Source: an uncultured euryarchaeote
Lineage (GTDB): Archaea > Thermoplasmatota > Poseidoniia > Poseidoniales > Poseidoniaceae
Assembly: GCA_937899865.1 (NCBI GenBank)
Contig: CALBRH010000055.1
Location: 5,512 to 69,511 of the forward strand
DNA: 64,000 nucleotides
Direction of reading: 5' to 3'
A program made the translations under genes and the position numbers. Each line of letters opens with the position of its first letter. Position 1 is the first letter of the stretch. The notes beneath the pieces are model-generated. The model ran no database searches. It was not told the DNA's origin and was given only the letters and a program-made list of their open reading frames with translations. Below are positions 37,166-46,500 of this stretch, piece after piece.

Positions 37166-38881
37166 ATGCCTACCGATCTCGAGATTGCTAATGCAGCTAC
37201 TCTTGAACCAATTGAAGCGATAGCCTGGAAATTAGGAATCTCTTCAACTGAGATTATGCCGATGGGTCGCAATGTAGCAAAAATCACTTGGGATGCTTTG
37301 AAATCAAGAATGAATAAGCCCCAAGGTAGTCTTGTACTGGTAACCTCTGTTAACCCTACACCATTTGGTGAAGGAAAAACTGTTACAACAATCGGGCTGA
37401 CTCAGGCATTATGCCGTATTGGTCAATCTGCAACTTGTGTAATTAGAGAACCATCAATGGGCCCAGTATTTGGGATTAAAGGCGGTGCTGCTGGCGGAGG
37501 ATATTCTCAGGTTCTACCAATGGAAGATATCAATTTACACTTTACAGGAGATTTACATGCAGTAACTTCAGCACACAATCTACTATCTGCATTGATAGAT
37601 AACCACATTAAACATGGTAATGAGTGCAGATTAGATTCTACAAAAATTAGTTGGCCAAGAGTCATTGATATGAATGATAGAGCACTTCGAGATGTCGTCA
37701 TTGGAATGGGTGGACCAGCAAATGGCCACCTAAGACAAGACCGTTTTGATATTACAGCTGCTAGTGAAGTTATGGCAATACTAGTTCTGGCTGCTGATTA
37801 TGCTGATCTAAAGAAGCGCCTTGGCGAGATTGTAATCGGTCAATCACTTGATGGAAATCCTGTCAAAGTTTCAGAGATTGACGCACAGGGTGCAATGTCA
37901 TTGCTTTTGAGAAATGCATTCTTACCAAACCTAGTCCAAACTTTGGAAGGCAATCCTGCTTTCATTCATGGCGGACCATTTGCTAATATTGCTCACGGCA
38001 ATTCAAGTATTATTGCTGATAAATTAGCGCTTAGTGCAGCGGATATCGTAGTTACTGAAGCCGGATTTGGCTCTGACATGGGTGCAGAGAAATTTATGCA
38101 TATCAAAGCAGCAACTTCTGGTAAAGGTCCCGACTGTGTGGTAATGAATGTCACTATTCGTTCAATGAAGTTGCACGGTGGCGCTTTCGGTAGCCGAGGT
38201 GGATACCGTCCAAGCAAAGAAGAACTTGAAACGGAAAATGTTGATGCTGTTGCTACTGGTGCTGCTACAAACCTTGACCGTCATATCCGTAATATGGCAG
38301 GTTTTGGAGTTCCAGTTATTGTCTCAATAAACAAATTCACTTCTGATACCGACGCTGAAATAAAGGTTCTTTCTGATGCTGCTCATGCCAGTGGAGCAAT
38401 AGCAGTAACTATCACTGAAGTTCACGCTAAAGGCGGTGAAGGTGGTGAAGATTTGGCTAAGGCAGTTGTAAAAGCAGTACAAGACCATGTGGCTGCAGGT
38501 AGACCATTCACTCCATTATTTGTCAACGATGCTCCTGTCATGGATAAAATCACAGCTATCGCTACAAGAATGTACAAAGCAAAAGATGTTTATTTGGAAA
38601 CTACTGCTAAAAAACAACTGGAGAAGATTGTCTCTTGGGGCTATGGAAACCTACCAGTTTGTATGGCCAAAACACAGTATTCATTCTCACATGATGCAAG
38701 TAAATTAGGCGCTCCAAGTGATTTCACATTACCAATTAGAGAATTTAGATTAAATTCTGGTGCTGGATTTATTGTTGCAGTACTTGGCAACATGATGACA
38801 ATGCCTGGCTTACCCAAGCGCCCTGCAGCAATCGACATGGATATGGACGATGACGGACACCAGACTGGTGTCTTCGGGTGA
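37166..38881 (+). CDS. fhs: Formate--tetrahydrofolate ligase
   Basis: PTDLEIANAA..., NPTPFGEGKTVTTIGL (P-loop block), FDITAASEVMAIL and GAGFIVAVLGNMMTMPGLPKRPAA match along the full length. Confidence 0.9.
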   Translation: MPTDLEIANAATLEPIEAIAWKLGISSTEIMPMGRNVAKITWDALKSRMNKPQGSLVLVTSVNPTPFGEGKTVTTIGLTQALCRIGQSATCVIREPSMGPVFGIKGGAAGGGYSQVLPMEDINLHFTGDLHAVTSAHNLLSALIDNHIKHGNECRLDSTKISWPRVIDMNDRALRDVVIGMGGPANGHLRQDRFDITAASEVMAILVLAADYADLKKRLGEIVIGQSLDGNPVKVSEIDAQGAMSLLLRNAFLPNLVQTLEGNPAFIHGGPFANIAHGNSSIIADKLALSAADIVVTEAGFGSDMGAEKFMHIKAATSGKGPDCVVMNVTIRSMKLHGGAFGSRGGYRPSKEELETENVDAVATGAATNLDRHIRNMAGFGVPVIVSINKFTSDTDAEIKVLSDAAHASGAIAVTITEVHAKGGEGGEDLAKAVVKAVQDHVAAGRPFTPLFVNDAPVMDKITAIATRMYKAKDVYLETTAKKQLEKIVSWGYGNLPVCMAKTQYSFSHDASKLGAPSDFTLPIREFRLNSGAGFIVAVLGNMMTMPGLPKRPAAIDMDMDDDGHQTGVFG

Positions 38882-38885
38882 GTTA

Positions 38886-39950
38886 ATGCAGATTTTGAAA
38901 CGCGAATCGATGCTTTGGCGATTGCGTATAAACACAGATGATGACCTATGGTCACTAGCAAGATTAGCACGTAAAGGCATGTCACTTGCTATGCTCGGTG
39001 AACGTCGAGACCAAACTACTGGAGGCGAAGAAGGTGGAAGAGCAAAGTCTGCTGAACGGAAAAGAATGTGGATCAAATTGCGCATTGAAACTACTGAATA
39101 TCAATCATTTAGTGAATTTCTTCGTGTTCATGGAATAATTGAAGAAGCAAAATTTGACATTGGGAGCCATCACACTCACAATATTACTACTGGTGACGAG
39201 ATAGAATTAACTTGTCTAACACCCTTTTTAGAAACCGATAATCAATTACTTAAGCAAGCCATTGAGGCTGCAAAACAAGTACAAATCGCACTCATTGTAG
39301 TGGAGAATGATGAAGTAATACTATTCCATATAACGCCTCGAGGTCTTAGAGAATCGACTACTTGGACAATGCGAGGTGGTGGAAAACGAGTTGATATTAG
39401 AGAATCAACTGGTGTTGCTAAGGGTTTTCGTGAAAAGGTAATCAGCGAATTAACTGCATCACTGGATGATGAAACACCACTGATTTTGTGTGGTCCTGGC
39501 CATGCTAGAGAGATCTTGTTGAACGAATTAAAAGCATCTGGCCAAACTAGATTTATGTCATCTTTGGCTACTTCGATGTCAGGAAGAGCTGGTGCTAACG
39601 AAGTTTTGCGAGAAGGATTAGCTGGAAACTTGCTAGAAGATTATGCAATTTCCAAAGAGATTGCCCTTCTTGAAGAAGCATGGAAACGAATCTCAACTAA
39701 TGGAAATATTGCTTATGGCAAGCAAGAACTAAACAGAGCACTCAATGAAGGAGCAATAGAAACATTGCTGATTTCTGCTGACTTATTACGCGATGAAGAG
39801 TCTACTATCAATGGGCTTAGTTGGCAAAACTGGTGCCAAAAATTAACTGAATTTGGTGGAGAAATGGTTCAATGCTCAACCGACCATGATTCCGGACAGC
39901 AATTGCTTGGTATTGGTGGAGCAATTGCCTTATTACGGTTCAAAATTTAG
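38886..39950 (+). CDS. Pelota (Dom34-type mRNA surveillance / ribosome rescue factor)
   Basis: MQILKRES..LWRLRINTDDDLWSLARLARKGMSL matches the Pelota N-domain, followed by eRF1-like central and C-terminal domains (..LLISADLLRDE...). I prefer ATG 38886 over the tracked 38850, which overlaps the fhs 3' end. Confidence 0.8.
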   Translation: MQILKRESMLWRLRINTDDDLWSLARLARKGMSLAMLGERRDQTTGGEEGGRAKSAERKRMWIKLRIETTEYQSFSEFLRVHGIIEEAKFDIGSHHTHNITTGDEIELTCLTPFLETDNQLLKQAIEAAKQVQIALIVVENDEVILFHITPRGLRESTTWTMRGGGKRVDIRESTGVAKGFREKVISELTASLDDETPLILCGPGHAREILLNELKASGQTRFMSSLATSMSGRAGANEVLREGLAGNLLEDYAISKEIALLEEAWKRISTNGNIAYGKQELNRALNEGAIETLLISADLLRDEESTINGLSWQNWCQKLTEFGGEMVQCSTDHDSGQQLLGIGGAIALLRFKI

Positions 39951-39958
39951 GTGTTAAT

Positions 39959-40276
39959 GTGAAGATTGTACACTTTTCTGAATTTCAAAAGGTTGAGGAT
40001 TTAGCAATCCTTGATGGTGCCAGGTGGTTATTGATTAATCATCAAGACTTAGATGACGCTGCTGCTGTAATATTTCACAGTGAGTTACTCGATATCTTAG
40101 TAGGTGTAGATCACAGAGGTGCCAAAATTAGCGATGGCTTGTGGCAAAGAGCGGTCCATCTTATCCTAGTTGATGGTAACTTTGAACAGGCTACTGAAGA
40201 GGAATTGTGCCAAAGAACCGGGATAACAAAAGTTATTGTTGATGCTTTAGATGATATTGAATCATATTGCTATTAG
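39959..40276 (+). CDS. Hypothetical acidic protein (105 aa)
   Basis: GTG start 5 nt after AGGTG (SD-like), 8 nt after the pelota stop. No family recognised. Confidence 0.45.
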   Translation: MKIVHFSEFQKVEDLAILDGARWLLINHQDLDDAAAVIFHSELLDILVGVDHRGAKISDGLWQRAVHLILVDGNFEQATEEELCQRTGITKVIVDALDDIESYCY

Positions 40277-40278
40277 TA

Positions 40279-40355
40279 TGGTGGGTCCGGAGGGAATTGA
40301 ACCCTCGATCTTCGCCTTGTAAGGGCGACGTCATAAACCCCTAGACCACAGACCC
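40279..40355 (-). tRNA. tRNA-Val(UAC), no intron; CCA encoded
   Basis: The reverse complement reads GGGTCTG-TG-GTCT-AGGGGTTTA-TGAC-G-TCGCC-CTTACAA-GGCGA-AGATC-GAGGG-TTCAATT-CCCTC-CGGACCC-A-CCA. All four arms pair, and the anticodon is TAC. Confidence 0.9.
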
Positions 40356-40433
40356 AGCCTTCCGTGTGGACTCTCATTATTGAATGCAACGCATGCGTTA
40401 ACCTCAAAACCAAGTGACTCGACGGGGTATTGA

Positions 40434-41120
40434 ATGGATGAAGATATCCAAGCAGCGGCAGCCAGGCTGGTTAGACGGCTGAAAGAAGGTGGTCACACTA
40501 TTACTGTGGCGGAATCATGCACTGGTGGCTTACTTGCCAGTGCGTTTACCGATATTGCAGGTGCAAGTAATTGGTTTAACCAGTCTTGGGTAACATATTC
40601 CAATGATGCAAAAGTGTCTGAACTAAATGTGGAACAAGAGACTTTGGAAAAGCATGGTGCTGTTTCGGCTAAAGTAGCTATTGAAATGGCTAAAGGTGCT
40701 CTTGAACAATCTAATGCAGATATGGCTATCTCAATTACTGGTATCGCTGGACCTGGTAACGATAGTACAACCAAGAAAGTCGGTACGGTTTATGTCGGAA
40801 TCGCTTCAAATACTTGGGCAAATGCGGTATCTACTCAAATTGGAGGTAATCGTTCAGAAAACAAAATTGGTTTTGTTCACTTCGCGTTATTGTCTGCAAT
40901 CGAACTTTGGGATGATGCAATGGAAAAGGCAGAGGCAAATCGTAAGAAATTAGCCGAAATTGAAGCGGAAAAGGAACAGGCAAGAGCCGCTTTTGAAGTT
41001 GAACGTGCTAAGCGAGAAGCTGCAGCAAAGCAATCTGCACCTTGGCAAGATGAATCATGGAGTGGAGATTTACCAGAAGGTGAGGATGAATCAATTGGTG
41101 AAGAAGTAGAGTGGAATTAA
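40434..41120 (+). CDS. CinA C-terminal domain / nicotinamide-nucleotide amidohydrolase (PncC-like) protein with extra charged C-terminal tail
   Basis: TVAESCTGGLLASAFTDIAGAS, TYSNDAKVSELNV...LEKHGAVS and ISITGIAGPG are the CinA_C blocks. The last ~75 aa are a Lys/Glu/Ala helix plus an acidic Trp-containing end (..GEEVEWN). Confidence 0.8.
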   Translation: MDEDIQAAAARLVRRLKEGGHTITVAESCTGGLLASAFTDIAGASNWFNQSWVTYSNDAKVSELNVEQETLEKHGAVSAKVAIEMAKGALEQSNADMAISITGIAGPGNDSTTKKVGTVYVGIASNTWANAVSTQIGGNRSENKIGFVHFALLSAIELWDDAMEKAEANRKKLAEIEAEKEQARAAFEVERAKREAAAKQSAPWQDESWSGDLPEGEDESIGEEVEWN

Positions 41121-41169
41121 ACACAATTTCAACCGATTTGCTTTTGGAGTGACGACTTTACCAAAATCT

Positions 41170-42777
41170 ATGGCAGCGACATCTGAAGATATTGTCAATC
41201 TGTTGCGCCAAAGAAGAATCATCGCTTCCAGTCAAATTGTCGATAGTTTACGTGAACATTCAGATCCTACTAAGTTATTGGACTTGGGTTCTCAAATCGA
41301 TTTTCATAGAGGTGTTCTAACCCAAGAAATATTTGAAAAATTAACCGCATTATTCCCACAAGATAATCAAAAGACTAATTTGACCTCAACACCAAAACTA
41401 AGCTCCAGTGAATCTCCAACTGATTTAGGTAGAATAATTGCACCAATTGCAGCACCTGAACCATTGGATATTGAATTTAGAAATAATCTACCAGATTGGG
41501 ACGAATCCGACTATAGTTGTCTAGCAGTAGATGCTCCTACAGATATCACTGTTCACTATGACATTACTGGAAAGAGTACAACTGAAGGAAAAATGAACGA
41601 TATTACTGCATGTTTCTCAGATAGATTGAACAAGATTAGGGAAATGATTGTCAAAAACTCAAAATTACCACGCCGACCTACTGAAGTATCTCGTCTATTA
41701 AGAGAGAAACATAGGTACCAAGGTTATGATAACAAAGCCGTAGCAATTGGTTTAGTTAACGAACCAAGATATACCAAAAACGGACATCTAATGTGGAGTT
41801 TAGAGGATGAAACCGGTGAATTACGGTGCATGTTATACAAACCTAATAGTGAAAATCGTGATAAACATCAAGAGCAAATAATAGAGGCTGGATTAATGCC
41901 AGATGACGTAATTGGGGTATCTGGAAACTTCAATCAATCTGGAGAAATATTTGTCGTTGATGACTTGCATTTCCCAATGAAGGAGAGACATCAAAAAGCG
42001 TCCTCACCATTTGGCATTAGTGTCGCATTTTTATCTGATGTACATGTTGGTTCGAAGACCTTCTTAGAGGCTCAATGGCACAAAATGGTTAGATGGTTCC
42101 ATAGTGATCCTTTAGCCAAGACCATCAAGTATCTGGTTTTATCAGGTGATTGCGTTGATGGAGTAGGAATATATCCAGGTCAAGATAAGGAATTATCAAT
42201 TCCAGATTTGTTTGCCCAATACTCTGAATTTGCTCGATTGCTGGAGTTACTACCTGATTGGGTAGAGTGCATAATGTTGCCAGGCAATCACGATGCAGTA
42301 AGACCTGCTGAACCTCAGCCAACCTTTGAAAAAGATATTCAGCAAGATTACAATACAACCACATTTGTTGGTAATCCTTGTGATTTTTCCTTACATGGTG
42401 TAAGATTATTATCCTATCATGGTAAATCGATTGATGACTTTGTTGCCGGTCTCAAAACTGTAACTTATTCAGACCCTGTTGAAGCTATGCGACAAATGCT
42501 GAGAAGAAGACATCTTGCTCCTCAATGGGGGGGTAAAACCCCATTATCTCCAGAACCTGAAGACGGTTTGGTAATCAATGAAGTACCAGACATATTTGTT
42601 ACTGGTCACGTTCACGGTCACGCTTGTGTTGATTACAAAGGTACAACACTTGTTTGTTCAAGCACTTGGCAAGATCAAACATCATACCAAAGAATGCTAG
42701 GTTTCCAACCAAAGCCATGTATGTTGACTATTGTAAATCTACAGAGCCATGCCACAACTTCAATTCCGTTTGTGTGA
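41170..42777 (+). CDS. DNA polymerase D (Pol II) small subunit DP1
   Basis: OB-fold region, then calcineurin-like phosphoesterase motifs: VAFLSDVHVGSKTF, LSGDCVDGVGIYPGQ, MLPGNHDA and FVTGHVHGH. Length and order are typical of DP1. An alternative GTG start lies at 41149. Confidence 0.85.
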   Translation: MAATSEDIVNLLRQRRIIASSQIVDSLREHSDPTKLLDLGSQIDFHRGVLTQEIFEKLTALFPQDNQKTNLTSTPKLSSSESPTDLGRIIAPIAAPEPLDIEFRNNLPDWDESDYSCLAVDAPTDITVHYDITGKSTTEGKMNDITACFSDRLNKIREMIVKNSKLPRRPTEVSRLLREKHRYQGYDNKAVAIGLVNEPRYTKNGHLMWSLEDETGELRCMLYKPNSENRDKHQEQIIEAGLMPDDVIGVSGNFNQSGEIFVVDDLHFPMKERHQKASSPFGISVAFLSDVHVGSKTFLEAQWHKMVRWFHSDPLAKTIKYLVLSGDCVDGVGIYPGQDKELSIPDLFAQYSEFARLLELLPDWVECIMLPGNHDAVRPAEPQPTFEKDIQQDYNTTTFVGNPCDFSLHGVRLLSYHGKSIDDFVAGLKTVTYSDPVEAMRQMLRRRHLAPQWGGKTPLSPEPEDGLVINEVPDIFVTGHVHGHACVDYKGTTLVCSSTWQDQTSYQRMLGFQPKPCMLTIVNLQSHATTSIPFV

Positions 42778-42778
42778 T

Positions 42779-43444
42779 TTAGTTTAGCCCTAAATGTGGC
42801 TTAAGTTTGAGTAAATTCTTTTCAAAAACAATAGGAACGCCAGCATCTTGGAATGCCGATAAAGATGATTCCCTTGATGGGTTAAAACCGATGAATCGAC
42901 TTCCTTCGACCTGCATAGAGAGGTCCATTTCAGAGTCTCCAACAGAAACACAGTCTTTGGCATCAAAACCTTGCATATTGAGTATTTTGTCAATGATTAC
43001 GTCTTTTTTACTGGCATGTAGGCGACAAATTCCTTCATCAGAAAGTGTATCATCGTCATTGAACTTGAAACCGTTTGCAATCCAGTCATCGACCTTCAGC
43101 ATTGCTGCTATTGATGAAACAAATAAATCAACACCTGCACTAACTATGGCAACGAATATTCCTGCTTCTTTCAACTCTTGAATCAATTCTTTAGCACCTG
43201 GCATTATCTTGACACCAGAATATGAACGAAATAATTCATCTCGAAAAATCGGATCTTTGATTTCCTTCCACATTTGTATATCTGAACGCATGAATTCAAC
43301 GTCTGTCAATTCACCATTAATGAAACGCTGCAGATTGAGAGAATTATCTGTACCAAAATAATCGTGTAATGTTTTCCAAGAGCTAACTGAGTCAACAAGA
43401 ACTCCATCACAATCGAACACTACCACTTTTGGTACATCAACCAT
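42779..43444 (-). CDS. HAD-superfamily hydrolase, subfamily IB (phosphoserine phosphatase-like)
   Basis: Motif I VVVFDCDGVLVD, motif II IVSAG, and motif III/IV K(x)n..VGDSEMDLSM. Confidence 0.7.
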   Translation of the reverse strand: MVDVPKVVVFDCDGVLVDSVSSWKTLHDYFGTDNSLNLQRFINGELTDVEFMRSDIQMWKEIKDPIFRDELFRSYSGVKIMPGAKELIQELKEAGIFVAIVSAGVDLFVSSIAAMLKVDDWIANGFKFNDDDTLSDEGICRLHASKKDVIIDKILNMQGFDAKDCVSVGDSEMDLSMQVEGSRFIGFNPSRESSLSAFQDAGVPIVFEKNLLKLKPHLGLN

Positions 43445-43527
43445 GTACGCTACCAGAAGTTACAATACAAAAACACTCGTCATATACCGCAATAGTTGGC
43501 ACTGAATAAACGTCAGGTCAAGTACGC

Positions 43528-43553
43528 AGTGAGAGGGCCGAAACCCTCCCACT
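43528..43553 (-). terminator. GC-rich hairpin 30 nt 3' of the 5514-aa ORF (possible terminator or RNA element)
   Basis: The sense (minus) strand reads AGTGGGAGGG-TTTCGG-CCCTCTCACT, a 10-bp stem with one G-U and a UUUCGG loop. The G-U becomes an A-C mismatch on the other strand. No T-tract follows directly. Confidence 0.35.
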
Positions 43554-43583
43554 GTCGTCTTGTCTTTATCTCTATTAGTCAAT

Positions 43584-46500
43584 TCAGACTGGTTGGTTCC
43601 AAGTTAGACCAGTGTAGGTCTTCAAGACAGCACCTTGTGTATCTCCACTTGGTGAGTAGACGATCCTAACAGTTGCATCAACTAGTTTGTGACCATCAGC
43701 AGTTTGAGTCTTGACGTAGATGTCATCTCCTGTACTAAAGGAAGAGATTGTCTCATCTTCATCAATTGTAACTACATCACCAAAGGTTACCAAAGAATCG
43801 CTGTTGAACGGAGAGAATCCGTAAACATGGTCTGTGGAAGCAAGGTTAGTTGTTTCTGAAACTATCTGACCACTTGCATCTTCATAGATTACTGTTACTT
43901 CAACAGCTTGTGTTGCCAATACAGTTTGTGCTTGACCAACGGTAATCTTCCAGTGATCTGTTGCAGCACTACCTGTATCAACATTCTCAGCTGAGAAAGT
44001 CACTCTTGGTACACCCTTAGTATCTGTGTCAGCAAGTTGAGCTGCCCAAACATATACAACACCGGATAGAACAACAGTGATCGCAACCATCAAGATAGTT
44101 GCAATAACTGGGCTCACAGCAGCATCATCATCTGAAATTTGCTTCTCAACAAATTCTTCTTCATCATCATCTCTGCGTCCAGCAAGGACAAGAGCGCTAA
44201 CAAACAAGCCAGTTAGAGCAACTGCAATGATACTTGGTGCGAATGAAGCAACTGATAGAGCACCGATTGTTGTCACCGTAACTGGTAGAGCAACATCAGC
44301 AGTTTGCCAGTCTTCAGCAAATGCGCCATTGTATCCTTGTTCTGTGTGTTGACATGCGGAAGATTCACTCCATGCAACTTCATTACCGCCGTTAGTAGAC
44401 ATCATGTTGTTACACCAGTTCTTATCTTCAAATGCTGGTCTTCTGTTAGATTGTTGACCATTAGCATCTTCACCGATTCTACCAGGTTCAGACCACTTTC
44501 CGAATACTTGATTGCTTGAAACAGCATTGTGTGATTCAGGGTTGTCAGTTTGAACTTCGTTAACAGTACAGAGATCAGCTGCATTTGGAGTACAGGTAAC
44601 TACATCAACTTCTACCCAAACCTCAGTGGTCATGTCAGTGATGTAAACTTCCCAGTTCTCAATATCCAGTGATTCACCGAATGCAGGTGGTGTGAAGTAT
44701 TGTGGTAGTTCAATCTCAGTGTGTCCGTCAGAATGCAGAGATACAACCAATAGATGATCGTATGTGTAGTCACCGTTGTCGCCACCAGCATAGATGCTGA
44801 AGTCAACAGGTACATATGTTCCAGGCATTACATTATTGACGCCGTTGAAGTCAAATCCTTCATTCTCGTCAAGGTAGTAATCTGGTACATTCTCAGCAAC
44901 GTTGTCAACTTCTACAGACAGAGTTACTGATACAGACTCTTGTTGGTAGTTGTTTGGCGCATAGCCTTGTTGTTCTAACAATTCGTAGTTAGGCATGTAG
45001 CTTGGTGGATTCTCAGAATCTAATAGTGTCAATGTCATCTCACAACGTCCGTTAGCTGTTCTTGTTTGATGAATACCGTTGTTGTTCAGCATATCAACTT
45101 CCCAAGGTTCAGCATTTGTTGTAGCGTCCTTAATCAGAGTGAATTCTAGAATATCACCATTGATTTGAGTTGTGTAGTAGTTAGATGAATCACAGGTATT
45201 AGTATCTTCTAGAGTCCATGACAGGTCTGCATCTAGATGGTCGATATCGGACTTAATGCTAGATAGATCGAAAGTCAATGCATTTGCATCTATTGTATCC
45301 TCTACAAGGTCTAATCTGTAGTCGCTAGTTCCTGGAACACCCTGGAAAGAGTTGCTACCATCTGCGGAGTCAACAACTCCTTCAGAAGCGATTACTGGCA
45401 CATCATTAACTGGTGCAACAGCGAACTGTACTACTACAGGTGTTGCATCGGTATTTTCAGCACCATCATCAGATAGTGTTAGTGTAATGTCACAAACACC
45501 ACCATATTCCCAATTGGTGTTCTCAGTAATGACAATCTCATCGACTCCATTGACATTGGTCTGTAGAGCAACACTGATTTGATCACAAGTAGCAGTAGCG
45601 CCCCATGTGTAAACTTGGTTTACAGGGTATTGCTCATTTGCCATATCTCTGATAAACGAATTCATTGTATCGTTAGCAAGTTTACCTAGAGGCTTACTGT
45701 AACTTGCGAATCCTTCGTCTCTAGAGTTGTATCTTTCACCAGCAGCATCAACGTATAGATATAAATCGCCGTTGTCACAATCTGGGTCTACAGAAGTTCT
45801 AGCATCACAGATTACAGGTGCATCGTTGATATTCTTTACAGTGTAAGTAATTGTCTTTGCTGCAGTCTGTCCGTGAGTGTCGACAACTTCGAAAGTCAAA
45901 TCAAATGTACCGAATTGGTCATTGATCGGAGTTAACGATAGTGTTCCTGTTGTACCAGATACGTCGCTAAAGTCTGTCAGTATGTTTGCAAATGCATCCA
46001 TATTGCTTTCAGTGACTTCCCATTCCATGTCTTCTTCAACATCTTGCTCATCATCAACAAATGTCGACAAGTCAAGGTCAAGTTGTGCAGAGTCTTCGCT
46101 AACCAATATGTCATCAAGCGCAGAGGTAATCTCTGGACATGCTCTGAGGATGTTAAAGGATAGAGAAGTGGTTGAATCCATTACAACATTTGCTTCAGTA
46201 TGCCAATCATAGTCACATGTATGTCTGATTTCAGCAGGTGTCTTAGCCATGATATTATAGTTGTGAGGTGTAGTAGGTGGGTTGCCAAACTCGAATGAAC
46301 GATGAAGTAGAACTTCATTAGTCATTGTACCGTCAGATAGATCTAACTTGTTAAGAGCTAATTCGTATGCACTATCAAAGGTTTCAGCACCGGTTCCAAC
46401 AATTGTACCTTGGTCTGGGCTTGCTGAGTTAACATTATCAGTTCCAGCATCTTGAATCGATGCTACGATATTCATTGCATCAACAGAACCACCAATTGAA

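Noticed and set aside
21821-42777. Possible inteins in rfcS (21821..22777) or the PolD small subunit (41170..42777), which are common intein hosts in archaea.
   Set aside because: Both proteins have normal lengths with contiguous conserved blocks. No Cys/Ser...HN-type intein insertion is visible.
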